Part shown: positions 14,296 through 27,200 of the stretch, piece by piece | Layout: every line of letters starts with the position of its first letter | How positions within the stretch are numbered: the stretch's first letter is position 1 | Assembly (NCBI RefSeq): GCF_964204645.1 | Contig: NC_134028.1 | Location: 6,696,001-6,760,000 of the forward strand | From: Tubulanus polymorphus | Lineage: Eukaryota > Animalia > Nemertea | Direction of reading: 5' to 3' | DNA: 64,000 nt | Translations under genes and position numbers: made by a program | Notes under the pieces: model-generated | What the model was told of the DNA's origin: nothing | The model's database searches: none | The model's input: the letters and a program-made list of their open reading frames with translations, nothing else

Positions 14296-14376
14296 AATAA
14301 ACTGTTTTTACAGATCTAACTGTGGGTTTTTATTTGTTCACTGAATTCATGATTGTTTTGGGCTCAGATTCATATA

Positions 14377-14903
14377 CGGTCAACTCTTGGTTATCCGCCC
14401 TCCGCGTATCTACCTCGTCCCGAATTAATCAGTGCTTTCAGCTTCCAATTGTCTGCCGAATTCTATATCAGCCCATTCGCCACACAATTTTCTGAACATA
14501 TCTTATGATGATGGTTCTTTTTTGTTTAATTATCCGCCATCGAATATATTTATTGGCAACAATTGCTTTAAATATATTACAGTGATACTGTTGTTTGTAA
14601 TCAACTCCAGATGTTGTCCTCCAACTGATCCCCCATGTGAATATTTTGACTACAGGGACTACCAGTACTAAACTCTCAGAGTACAATTGATGAATATTTT
14701 AGATAACAGAACAAACCGGTCACTACTTTTCATAAAAGGCGGAGTTCAATAAAACAGTTCACGTGTTTATAGTAAACGGCTTAATGATAACTATGAATAC
14801 ATTGAATAAAATGCAAAGTTCTTAAATTCACTTATCTACGAGCCTTGATGATCCACCAAAATTGCAAAGGTTCCGATAGTGGCGGATATCCAGGAGTTGA
14901 CTG
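14377..14903. mobile_element. Tc1/mariner-pogo-type MITE
   Basis: TA|CGGTCAACTCTTGGTTATCCGCC ... GGCGGATATCCAGGAGTTGACTG|TA. Confidence 0.75.
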
Positions 14904-17900
14904 TACTGGGGTATACTTTGAATGATTCAATTGTCTGCTATTTCCACGGTTAAAGATTGTTAGGCTACTGACTGTATTAAGCAACAAAGGGAAATATTTA
15001 AGAGCCAGTCTATGATTCTGGGTTCTGCTTTAATGTAAAATCATCTCGAAACGTGACTCAGTTTAAGTAAGGTTTACTGTGACGTATTATACAAATTGGT
15101 ATAGGGTTATTTTTATCATTTACCGGTATTGATTATTTAAAATTGATCGAATCGTACTCGGCTCCTAGAAATAGCGATAACCAGAGTACCGGGGCAGTCT
15201 TGTTTTATATGCGATCATCGGATTCCAGAGTTGCTCGTATGTGTCAAACCATAACCCTGTGTATAACAATTACGGAGTTCTATCAAAAAAGCTGAATACG
15301 CCGACCTTCGATTCCGCCGTCATTCGCTTAATGATCTCTTGATTTGAAACATTCTTTATGCGAAATATACGAAAAATTGTGCTTTTCGCCGTTTGTCTGA
15401 ATATATGTTTGCATGTTGAAAAAGTATGCTGAAGTCTCTAATGCTGTGCGTTAAACTTATCTTTGATGCGTTAAACTTATCTTTAATGCATCTCATGATT
15501 TTTATTTTCGTGCGAATTCGATCTATATGACTTTTTATAATTAATTTATTGTGCATGTATGGTATGTTCCGATCAAATTTCGAAAAAATGTTGTGTGATT
15601 TTAATATGTGATTTTTGAAATATTTTCAATTTCGAATTTAAACGAATGCACGGTTATATTTTCTAGTCTGCGTCCACGAAGAAGCTACGATGTTTCGATC
15701 TTGCCTAAAATGATAATTTTTAGGAACTGCCCATTTCTCAAAGTCCCTACCTTTGGCATTTTAATCGCTGTGTACATATCTCGATACAATTTTGCCAGTA
15801 ATAGAAATTATTCAGTGCTCGGTACAGTCGAAGGCTGTTACATGAAGTCTGTTGTATATGAGTAATGGGATAGTGTTTTTACTTGGCTTCTGATACAGAA
15901 CTTCATACACACCCTAAATTCCTATCGTCGCAAAAATTGTAGGCGCTTCGTAGAAAGAAATATGGTCCAAACTTAATCTATGCATTTTGTAGTACCGGTT
16001 TATTGTCGGTGACATTTCAACGAAAATTACAATAGGCCACAAATATGAAATAAGACCAAATGACACTGCACTGTCCAACTATCCAATAATAAATACAATC
16101 AATTTGTAAATAATGTTAATTTTGAATGAAATACGAATGGTCTGAATGTTTTTTCTGTAGATTTAGTGTTTGTTGGTAGCAATTGTTTTCTGTTTGTAGA
16201 ATATTGTTGTAGTCAATGAGATTGCCTTATAATATGTTAGTGTTGAAATGAGTTACGATTAACAGGGTTTTAATGTGTTAGTCACTTTCAACCCGGTTTT
16301 TGGTTTTAAGCGATGATCTAGTTTCTACGTTGATAGAGTTTGCGTTGATGGCTCAGTCAGATGTCAAGTTGATCGATTTTCTCAGGGTTAAGTTGGTTGA
16401 CGTGACCTATTCTGATGACAGAACTGAATCTGGAATTGTGACGAAGAGAATTCCTGTATTTTCTATCGCAGAAATAGTCATTAACATTTTGACATTTAGA
16501 AAAACAATTGCCATGTTATATAACTGCATCAAGAACAATCTGTTCAATTTGACTATGCAAAAATATAGGAATAGAAGAAATCAGTTGATTGGATAACAGT
16601 TATAACTGTTTTGATTGGTTACTCCGCTGCCATGCAGCGAACATGACCGGCCATTATATGACCAATGAGAAGCAAGAAATCTCAGAGGAGCTCGCCAGAT
16701 TATAAAAAAGCATATGTTACAGCTGTAATTTAACAATGAAGACTTTTAAAAAGCGATATCACAAAAAAGTTAATGTTATTAGAGGAAGGCATTTTTTTGG
16801 GTACTGTTGAAGAACTAATGTTGTTCGTTCTCACAGTTTGTATAGGATCAAACAACAATGATTTGTGAGATTCTTTGTACATCGTTTATGTATGTGCTTC
16901 TCAAATCAAACTTAATGTAAAAATTGTAAATATGGAATGAAAATAAAATTGTTTATAGTATTTATTTCACATGATGAGAGTTGGTTCTAATTAACAGTTG
17001 ATCTTTAAAGGATTTGACTACTGACGTGAATCATTCTGCAGCCTGGAACCACCGCATCTAATGTGTACTGTTTAAAATCTGCCATTTTCAATTACCCGGT
17101 AAGAATTTTGGATGAAATAGTGATAAAGCATTAAATGTGTGAAGGGGTGGGTGTAGGCAGCAAATCGATACCTGTATTAGTTCAGGTACCAGAAATACTG
17201 ACTTCGAAGATGGATGTTTCTGCAGTAGCCAGCGTTCAAATCCTTGTATTGAACACGAGATTTAATCCACATGGTTATCTTTGAAACCCGATGTGGGCGT
17301 GCAGCGATTCCATGTGTATTACGTTTATAAATACAGCAAGGCATGCGCACTGCGAAAAAAAAGGCGGAACCTTGTGAAAAAAATTGTTAATGTTAATGCA
17401 ATGATCAACACTTAACGTCACAATTCATGACAATTAGGAATGCTGACAACTTTTCAGATAACAAGTTGAAGTTAGCAAGTAGCACTTCAGCACTTATTGA
17501 CATTTTTGTGAAAATTAAGCACGAATCAGGGTTTTAACAAAGCTTTTCCAGATCGGTTATATAGCACTTAATAGACCTGCTACAAACCATGTTCTTCCTT
17601 AATTTTCCATACCAATGATGTCCGCCAGGAGTCATCATTTGGCTGGTGAATCGGCATTCTTGACTTCTTACCTTGACAAACAGCAGCCTTATGGTTGATT
17701 ACATGTAGACTGTGCTACACAAGATTCAATCCTTATAGATTAGGCTTCGGCAGGTGTGGATTCAGGCAGGGATTCCAGGGTGTATGGAATCTCCCTTTGA
17801 GAAAAAGTAAAGGTGATAAAGTTAAGAGTTTCTAATTAAACTGATCAGTTTCCATTGCACATACATACAAATAAAACTAAACAATGTCATTTTGAAGAAA

Positions 17901-18328
17901 TCAGTTAAGAAACTCCTAAGTGGGTAATTAATAGAGTATTACTGGTAAATCCTTACACAGGAAAACTCACCAGGAGGCTTCTATTTTTCAAACATTCTGG
18001 GAGAAATTCCTAACGTGATAAAAATTACCCGGTAATCTAATTTTCCTGCTTCATGCCTGAACCAATCGTAACAAATTATGAAAATATTCTTTTTATGTAC
18101 ATTCCAATATTTATTGTTTCTAATACGCAGGGGATAAATTACAGTTAATACAGTCGACAGAAATATCATATTTACAATAACAATTTACAACTTATGCCGT
18201 AAATAGTCACTTTCATTAAAATCTAAAACCTTCAAGAGCTCTGTACATGTATTCCCAACACGTTTTTTGAACTGGTACAAGTATATCAAATGTTAATTTA
18301 CAATAAGCAAATTTTACAAATACTTTCA

Positions 18329-18596
18329 TAGGGTCCCTACAGATCTGTTATTCATGGATATAAGGCATTTCCCAAATTTCGAGGTTTCTAATCTTGTAAC
18401 CGCTTAATTGGTCAAAAAATAAAAATCCTGGTCCCTATTGAACAACTACAAACTAGACAATTATTTCTATTGCCTATTTCTCAAAATTGAAGGAGTTTAA
18501 AAGGACTTTTGGGCATTTTGCTCAATTCAAGCACCTTTAAAAGCATTTTCCGTTTTGAAGGCGTTTTTAAAGAATCAACGAGTTGTAGGGACCCTG
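18329..18596. mobile_element. hAT-like MITE with 5-bp TSD, downstream of the CWC21-like gene
   Basis: TTTCA|TAGGGTCCCTACA ... TGTAGGGACCCTG|TTTCA. Confidence 0.7.
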
Positions 18597-18767
18597 TTTC
18601 AAATCTAAACATTTTTCTACGAATTTATACAAAAAATGCTCTTCATCGTTTCAATAAATGTCTTTTATTTTGAATCGATCAGTTTTTTTCTTGTTTTTTA
18701 CGCAGCGGACTGAAATATCGGTTTATCTCGCGGAATGTTCAGCCGCATTTCCGAAGTCGTTTCGTGA

Positions 18768-19844
18768 TTAATCGATTGGAAAGTCGTCGTCTCGGCTTCG
18801 CTTGTGTCTCTTCTTATCTTTTTTCTTGTGTCTGGGCGGGGGCGACGTGCTACGAGATCGCGACCGATCTTCGCCGCCGGGTTTGTTATCGCTGTGCCGA
18901 CGATCCCTCGACGACGTCGTCGCGTTGCTACGTTGTTTTTTATACGGCGACTCCGAACGAGACCGCGAGCGATGATGGTCTCGTTTACGCGACTTATGCT
19001 TCGGCTGCGGCGACTCGCTACGCGACCGATGAACTCTACGCGACTGCTGCTTGTGTTTCGGCGACTCGCTTCGCGACCGACGATGCTCGGATCGGTGTTT
19101 TGAATGGCCGCGTCTACGCGACGTCGGCGACTTACTTTTCGATCGTTTTTCGCCGCGTTTTTTCGGCGACCGACTTCGCGAGCGTCTGTCGCTGCCTCGT
19201 TTTGTCAGCGGCGGCGACTGCGAAGTTGTTTTCTTGCGCTTCTTTTTCTTTTCGTTATCGCGTGATTTCTTGCTCCGCCTCGGTTCCGGAGATGACGACG
19301 ACGAACTGCTGCGGACTATATCATATGCTTTCTGCTCGGCAGCGGCCTTCGCGGCCGCTTCCGCTTCTTTCGTTTTGCGATTCGGATCGAACGAACTTCC
19401 GTCGACGTAGAAACTGCTCAAACCGAACGCTTGCCGCAGTAAGTCGTTCTTTTCTTGGTTCGCCTCAGCGATCTGATGCGTCGCTTTGGCGACCGGCCGG
19501 CCGAAATCATCTTTGTCGATGTTCGACCCGTCGGCCACGCCCTCTTTCTCGGTCAACATTTTACGAAACAACGCGACCTTTTCGTCGATTTCGTCGGCGT
19601 CGTAGCCCTGTTCTTCCATCAATTCTTCCATTTCAACGCATTTCAGTTCGACTTTGCGTTTGCGCTCGTGTTCCAAGATTTCGACGTTCGGTTTTTTGTT
19701 GAGCACCTGATCGAGTTTTTTGAGATCGTCCTCTGATTTGAAGTCGCGGTGGTCTTTATGATGACGTATTTGCGACATGTTACGTTGAACGTAGCCGTTT
19801 GTGCCGCTCCCCCGAGCTGTCTCTAAACCAATACCATTGTACAT
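18768..19844 (-). CDS. CWC21/cwf21-domain serine/arginine repetitive matrix splicing factor (short SRRM2/SRRM3-like, 358 aa, one coding exon)
   Basis: N-terminus MYNGIGLETARGSGTNGYVQRN, cwf21 domain (EILEHERKRKVELKCVEMEELMEEQGY) and RS-rich C-terminal half; 5'UTR acceptor (ttttttgcag on - strand) near 19879. Confidence 0.93.
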   Translation of the reverse strand: MYNGIGLETARGSGTNGYVQRNMSQIRHHKDHRDFKSEDDLKKLDQVLNKKPNVEILEHERKRKVELKCVEMEELMEEQGYDADEIDEKVALFRKMLTEKEGVADGSNIDKDDFGRPVAKATHQIAEANQEKNDLLRQAFGLSSFYVDGSSFDPNRKTKEAEAAAKAAAEQKAYDIVRSSSSSSSPEPRRSKKSRDNEKKKKRKKTTSQSPPLTKRGSDRRSRSRSPKKRGEKRSKSKSPTSRRRGHSKHRSEHRRSRSESPKHKQQSRRVHRSRSESPQPKHKSRKRDHHRSRSRSESPYKKQRSNATTSSRDRRHSDNKPGGEDRSRSRSTSPPPRHKKKDKKRHKRSRDDDFPID

Positions 19845-20902
19845 TGTGTTGCTCTGTCTTTTACTTGCACTTCACCACCTGCAAAAAATACATATCAAAT
19901 AATCACCGATTCCCGTTAAGATGTCACCCCTTGAAAAAGCCTTATTTCATGAGATGACTACGATGTAAGATGAAGCATCGTAGAAAATGCTACAAATCGT
20001 CGGCTAGGGCACTAGACTGCAGCAGTCAGTGCAAGGGCATAGTAGCGGGTGGGTTCAAATCCTGATTTTTCACGTTCATGATTTCTAGAATCTCCAGCAC
20101 CTTTGGCGTGCATTCGCAATATAACCAATCAGAATGACCAGGCATTTAATACATGTCCGCTGCAACAGTGCCACTATGAATACGGTCTTACTGCAGTTTT
20201 GGTCACCTTTCCACTGTGCCTGTGGAGCTAATTAGTGTTATTAAAGAATAGTGTTATATGGTTGGGTTAGGTATAACCATTAAGGTCACTCCAAAAAGTG
20301 AGTCCCAATTCTTCAAATATCGCACTTTTTGTATGATCTCTGAGTAGAGGATCAAGAGTAGACTGCATTTGATTTGAATTGAATTGAACTGCATCTCGCA
20401 TTGAAAGAAATAACCGTCCTTTTATTTTCGATCGAGTGGTGGCAAAAAAGATAAAACATTCAAAGTACAGCCCGCACTACTATATGAAACAATGACAACG
20501 TGAAAAATACCAACCAAATTCCCGATTCAAAACAAGCAAAAATTTTCAGCCATGCAAATAAAAACGAATGCAATTAGTGAAGATGTTGAATGTCATGAAT
20601 TACATGATGTCAGCGATGATAAAATGGTGTTCGAATCCCATAAATTCACGGGTCTGATGCAAAATTATTTAAACATTTTTTTAAATACCCCAGCATCTTT
20701 GGTTATATGAATAAAAGCTTTTTTCATATAGAGTAGCTACTGGGGCCAAAAAAAAATTCCCGGTGGATATATTTCGTTGAAGTAGGTCTATATACAAATT
20801 TTTTAACTCTCGAAGAGTTTTCCTTTCGTTTTTAACCTTTTTTAGTGAAAAATTTTTTTCCACCAGTTCTAGGTTTATACCATCGTTTCTCTAGAAGCTC
20901 TT

Positions 20903-21030
20903 ACCGTAATTAACTAGCTTATCAGTTAATTAGCTGATTAGTTTTCAATTCCGCCACCAGGGGAGCGGTAACCACTCCCGTTTGACAGGTGTGCAGCGGC
21001 TCACAATCGCTGTGTGATAGACCGGGTAAG
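20903..21030. promoter_or_regulatory. Putative compact bidirectional promoter / first non-coding exons of the CWC21-like and FRAS1-like genes
   Basis: Opposite-strand splice donors at about 20904 (- strand CG|GTAAGA) and 21026 (+ strand GG|GTAAGT) around a GC-richer patch containing CCGCCACCAGGGGAGCG (20951-20967). No transcript evidence. Confidence 0.45.
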
Positions 21031-21248
21031 TTTGAATAGAGCGCATTGACGCTTACCAAATATATTCATAGGCTTTTTGTTCGGTCACCGTTATTCCTAT
21101 CGAATCTCTTTTTACAGGGTGTGGACTGTCCATTCATTATTGAGGATTTATAGATTGCGGTAGTTAGTGCATGATGGCTTTGAGAATTGATACCTTCTTA
21201 TAGTTTTTGGTATCGAGAAGCAACTTTTCTCTCAAATCTAATACAAAG

Positions 21249-24200
21249 ATGAAGAGGATTGTATTATTATTGTTTATCGTGATCTTGACCTGTTTCACGC
21301 AATTTGTCGAAGGTAAGAAAACATTTCGCAGTTTTTATATAGATCTATTTTTTATTTATGTTTTGAAAAATGTTTTCCATTAGGAAAGTCGTTTCATTGA
21401 TCCTCGATGCGGACCTATCATTAATGCGGGGTCAAACACAATTGAATTTCAAGGAAACCGCTTATAGCGTCCAACAATAGTTTCTAAATGTTGAATTAAG
21501 GTGAACCTGTTTTCCGAAAAGAAATCATAGAATGAGTTAGTTTTCATTTCATCCACAAAGAAAGGAAAAAATTGTGACAGATTTTTTTCTTGAAATTGTA
21601 GACCCCTATTGAGTTATGATTAACTTGAATCTACTCAAATTCAAAATCTATTTATATAGTGGTGATATTTCAAACAATAATGAGCTTTGAAATAAAATAG
21701 TGGAAAAGCTATTTTGATGTCTACACAAACTTAAAAATGAAAGTTAGATATCAATTATAGGCATGTTTCTTTATTTACAGGGTTTTGTATTCACAATGGA
21801 CATAAATATAGGGTAAGTACAGGGTGTTCCTTAATAACACTTTTCCAGATTTTCATGACCATGATAAATATACAAATTCTATAAACCAATGAAAAGGATA
21901 AAACTCTTAGCCACAATTTAGCGAATAAACAGTTTATTCAGTTAATGTAATACCTCCCTTTTTTCAAGATTTTTAATTGCTCAAATGTCTACTGGAGGTT
22001 AGCCCCATTAGGGGTTATATTATCTAGTTTAATGAGTCTATAGTCTGCTCTGTGTAATAGATACTCCAGGGGTCTGGTTCTTGTTAGTGCTTAAATATCT
22101 TTTGCTCCCATATTCTGATCCGCTTGTCATTAACTTAATCAATTAGGCATTAACTAGTCCATTTGAAAGATCTTCAACTAGGCCTATGCAGTTTTCTTTG
22201 CACCATCATATTTTCAATCACCAAATGTTTTGACACGAAAATAGTTTAATAGTTAATTTCAAGTCTTAGAAGTCGGATTCATTTCCTTATTGATGATGTA
22301 AATAAAGTGTAGTTTTCAAGGTTGATAAAAATCATCGCGATGATAAAAAGATGATGGAAAATTGAATGAAAGGGGGTAAGGAGGTTAAGAGGATATAAGC
22401 TACTTAGTAGCCTATAATAAGACATCGAAGTACTGATTAAAGTCGTTACTATTATCATGCCCAAATGCAAATATAGGCCTATGACTAAAACTAGAAGATG
22501 AAATTATTGCCTATTACAACTTTTTCTACAAACTCGGGTCAAAATTGAATAACTTTCTTCAATTTGACTTTGTTATCTGGTACATAGGTAGGCATATACA
22601 GAAATAAATGTGGCTTTTATTCCCTTATAACCTGTGTGGAAGTTTCGAAATTTCACATATCAATAAATAATCATCATTTGTTGACTGTTGTCCGCTTGTT
22701 TGCTTTGATGAAGTGATTATTATCGAGTTGAATTCACTTGTTCAGTGGATCTTTGATTGTGAATTCCCATGTTACTTTGACAGGTGATAATATATTGTGT
22801 CTGTACGACATGACACAATTCCTTAGTTTTCATAAAGCGATATTTACTTTGTGCCCAGTATCTCAACACAATTGCCACATAAAGCACGCGTTAATTGCTT
22901 GCTTGGTTCGGGTCTAATCGCAATATTTCTTAATCATGAACGACGGCAACTTGCTGTTCCTCAGAAATTGCCAACCTATTGTAGGCAGATTTTAGAACTT
23001 ATTAGATTATAGAACTTATATGATATTTTCTAATTCAAACTGTACAAAAATCTTAATGCTCACGATATTCTTATGTAATACCGTCCATAGAATATAAATA
23101 AATTGAAAATATATCAATATTATTGAATTGACCTTCAGATTGTATCTATTTGCAGTCCATTTAAATGGTAGGGGACTTTTATACCTACTTTGAAGAATCA
23201 GGGATTTTTACCACTAACCGAAAAAACCTCGGTCAGGTTTTATAGACTGGTATTATCTTTAACCCAGGGAGGGGACTCAACTCATTTTCAATTGAGTTAG
23301 CCCTCGGGTTAAAGGTAATGCCAGTCTATAAAACCGGTTCCTGGTGATCAAATTTTCTAAAAAGAACTAATTAACATCTAAGTTCAGTATTTATACTAAT
23401 TTCTAATCTAGATTCTTTCAATGAGGTTTGAGCCAGGAATTAAGTGAAAAAAAGAAAGGTATTTTCGTTAAAAAGGTAGATTAACCAGTGACCTCAGCGT
23501 TACCCAGGCACTATTGATGTTGTCAGCGTGTTCATCCCCGAGTGCTGCTCTGAATGAAAAATGACAAATTTCTATCCACTTAAAGAAAATCGATGTTTTG
23601 TAAAAGCCGGTTTCTTTGGTGGCGACATCGAAATAAAAACCACATGTAAAAAGTTCAAGTGTAATTCACTATAGTAATGAGAGTGATATTGAATGTGGAC
23701 ATTAGAAGCATGCCCTATTACCCTCCTATTCAATATGCGGGATATATTTCAAACTATTCATGTCGGCCACATTTCTAATTTCTATAGGCCTGATTTGTAA
23801 TCGGGGATGAAGCTAGAAATTTGTGATGCCTCTGAAGGAAGAAACTCATTTCAGAGAAAAGAAGAAAATCAAAAACCATCTCGGGGTGATATTTTGGGGT
23901 CTTAGGTTTATGGGTCTTAGGTTATGTATATTATAAGGGGCCTCAGGTCTTAGGTTTAGGGGGTATTAGGTTTAGTGACCACCCAACCATCTCTTGAATC
24001 ACTTAGTAAAGATGAAATGTCGACTTGATTCTGCTTAGTTCAGTTTGTCAGATGAAAGCGCTAGTTTTTTTCTTGACTCATTTGTGAAATTGACCCGGTC
24101 GGTCATGAGTTAACTTAAAAATCTAAGTGATATACGTCGATGGTTAGATTTAAGTCAAAGTTAATTGAACTGTGTGCCGGTTGTTCTAGAACTGTCTGAT

Positions 24201-27200
24201 GGGAAAAAGTTGAACTTGGATTTACCTCGAAATTCGAATTCTTCTGAAAGTTGTTCTACCGTGTATATGCCGACAACGACGTTTTGCTTGAGCAAATAGT
24301 CGGCCGGTTTGAGAAAATGTTTCTTCCTATCGTTAGGCCTATATGATAGCGCAATGTCCAAGAGTTGTCTAATAAACAAAGATAAAAACAAGTTGATTTC
24401 GTATTTGACAATATTTATAACTGATTGATGTTTGATAGATGACCCGCCACTAACCTTTTAGTGTCTTCAGTAGATCACGTCTTGCGGTTACTCTCGTACC
24501 CTCGTCAATTAAGATTACTTATTAAGATTATGAATAAGATTCCGAGTTGTAACTTGTAGTAATTATTATCTAGACATAAAGACTACATGTATCTGCTACT
24601 GAAACCGACAAAGAATTCAAGTGATGTGACTCGATTTTCAAAAGATTTTGAAATAATTCACGAAACAGAGGTGACATGAATGAAATTTGGTACTTTAATG
24701 TATATGGTAGTTATAAGTCAATCAGCCAAATGGCGCCATCATTATGATTTAGATTCTGCCATCTGGTAGGCTTCATTTTGTTACTTTTACATGGGCGTCA
24801 CCAGGGGGTTAGGGGTAGTGACTGACCCCCTTTCGATGATAATAATACTGATAATTTACAAACAGAAAAGTTCTACTTATGAGGTCCAAATTTTATTTCA
24901 TTGGATTCAAACCTAAAAGAACTGCTAAACTGTTTGGAAAATGCATCGATTTCAAAATTTTCTTGGGGGAAGACCCTGAAACACCTTTGGTTCGCGCCTT
25001 TGGCAGACGTGTTTTGGCTATTGCCGATTTCGACCTCCCCGCATAAAAATTCCTGCTGGTGACGCCCATGTTTCAAAATCATGGAAAGATGAATATATAA
25101 ATTTATCATGTGACAAGTTTGAAGTGTGTTAATAATAGGACTCCGGTGTCCTATTACTAGCACTCGAAATCTTAATTAATGCACATATGCGACTACCGGC
25201 CACAATGGCTGAGAGATCGGGGTAGGTTTCTGTTTTCATATATATATATATATTTCTGGATGACGGCGGAAAAACGATGAAGGCAAATATTTGATGAGCG
25301 TAGAAACACACTCGATCGAAATGCTCAATCTCTCCACCGCGAACCACACGTCAATTCCCTTCTCATATTTACATATGTACCGAAATGAGTTGGGAGATTC
25401 GGCGTTGAACGAGTTTTTCTATGACAGCGGGACTTCGAGATTAATTAGAACTCATACGGTTTCCATTCCTAGAAGTCCTACAATAAACTCTAAACCCTGG
25501 GTTGAATGAATGGAACACTCTCATGGTTATTTTCGCGTTATTTTGCGATAGTGGAGCTGGTGGGAATTATGTCGTGAATTGTATTTTATGAGGACGATTT
25601 CGATGTACTACAGCAGGGTACCACTGGTTCAATGACTCGCTGTTTGCCTTTCGAAAATTCGTGATTTACTGTTTTATTAGCGGCAATCTTGTTATGATAT
25701 ATTCATCGGGGTCGTACCCTCCCTAATTATCAGAATTGCGATTGTTGCTAATTTCATGAACTGTAGAACTTAGTCATTTCATTCACGCCTCACGACGGTC
25801 TCTTAGAGACAGAGAGAGAGTCTGAAATGTTGCGTCTTTTGATTTCAATTTTTGATGAATAAAATTTGTTTTAATCTTTTAGATTAAGTATATAGTCGGT
25901 TTTAAACTGATTATAATATTCTGCATGGCTAAGCTGGTATATGGAAAAAATGTCCCAGGGAAAAAGTATCCCCAGAAAAATGTCCCAATCTATCATTACT
26001 AACTTGGTAATGTAGTTAATTTCACATCATAATAACACCGGAGAACAAACTTGGTAATACATTTCAATTACAGTTGATAACAAATAATAACTCTACTTTG
26101 GTAAACTATTAAACTGTAGTAGACAAAATCCCACAATAAAAGTCGAGATATGAGTCTGCAATGTTCAAGCGCCTACTGATGGTGCTCATCAAATGAGAAC
26201 CATATGACAATTAAAAATCATTTCCACTCTTAGAAATATCGATCATAATATTATGAGAACCTTGAAGTGTATAGGAGGGGTATAGGTTCAAGCTTAGGTG
26301 ATATAGGATGATACTAAGTAGTGTCTCTAGAAATCCAATGGCCTCTTATGAGGTCAATGACGGCAGTTATTTCGAATTTGAATATATATTTTACCTTTTA
26401 CAGGGGCGCCATCATAGGGGGTGGCCCGAAGGGTGCGACTGACCCCCTCATCTTTTTAAAACCAAGTTCCGCATCTTTTTAGTTCCAAATTTTGGGTTTT
26501 TTTTCCATATTCCGGAAATTTCATAAATATTTTGCCTTAAAAGGTCACAAAAGCGTCCCTCTCAAGGTTCGAAATTCCAGAAATTAGGACTAAGAACATT
26601 CAGCAATTTCAAGTATTCAGAAATGCTTGTTTGCCATCGGCAGATATGATGCAAAGTTTGGATTATAAGTCCGCTTGTATTAATTCTGACCCCCTTTAAA
26701 AAAGCAAAATACCCTTGATTTATTGAAAATTAGATATCTGTGTTGTATGCCATTTCTGTGTTGTATGGGGTCACTACTGACTGTATGAATCATGTATATA
26801 TATGAATATGAATATGAAATATGCCAACATTATCAAATTAAACATGAAATCGCTATTAAAACTTACCTGTAATTGATGTGGAATAGTTTGTTTAAGTACA
26901 TATTATCAGGGTTCGTCCAGTGCAAGTTAATACTCTCAAGGGCTCTGTAATTTGTCTATAGATAAGTGTGAGATGATTGTTTAAATCTGATATTATATTG
27001 TTCTGTAAATTGATAAGAACCGATTATACTGGATTTCTGCAGGTATCGTAGCCAGCCATGTCTTTGGGGGCTTCGATTTTGATGAAAGTGGAAATGTTTG
27101 TAAGGTGCTCATGCCGGGTCCTGGGAGCACTGCCGCAAAAAAGTTTTGAAAATTAGAAGCAAAGAGAAGCAATTCTACAACTTCTATCATAATTGAGGTA

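Larger units (their letters stand above)
14103..14338 (-). mobile_element. Palindromic PLE-type mini-element (family 2) with hammerheads on both strands
   Basis: Inverted arms of about 95 bp (14138-14232 / 14244-14338), 35-nt unpaired tail 14103-14137, TSD CACTGAATTCATGA at 14089-14102 and 14339-14352. Confidence 0.82.

Noticed and set aside
16410-16450. Hammerhead-like CTGATGA-CAGA..TCTG-GAAT
   Set aside because: GAAA core not intact, no convincing stems I and III, no inverted-repeat context.
16300-16596. 98-aa ORF between SLC25A19 and the CWC21-like gene
   Set aside because: Non-ATG start, no recognisable domain and no consistent splice structure.
18764-19736. + strand ORFs of 312, 119, 99 and 93 aa
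   Set aside because: Antisense shadows of the GC-rich, repetitive RS-domain gene; no recognisable motifs.
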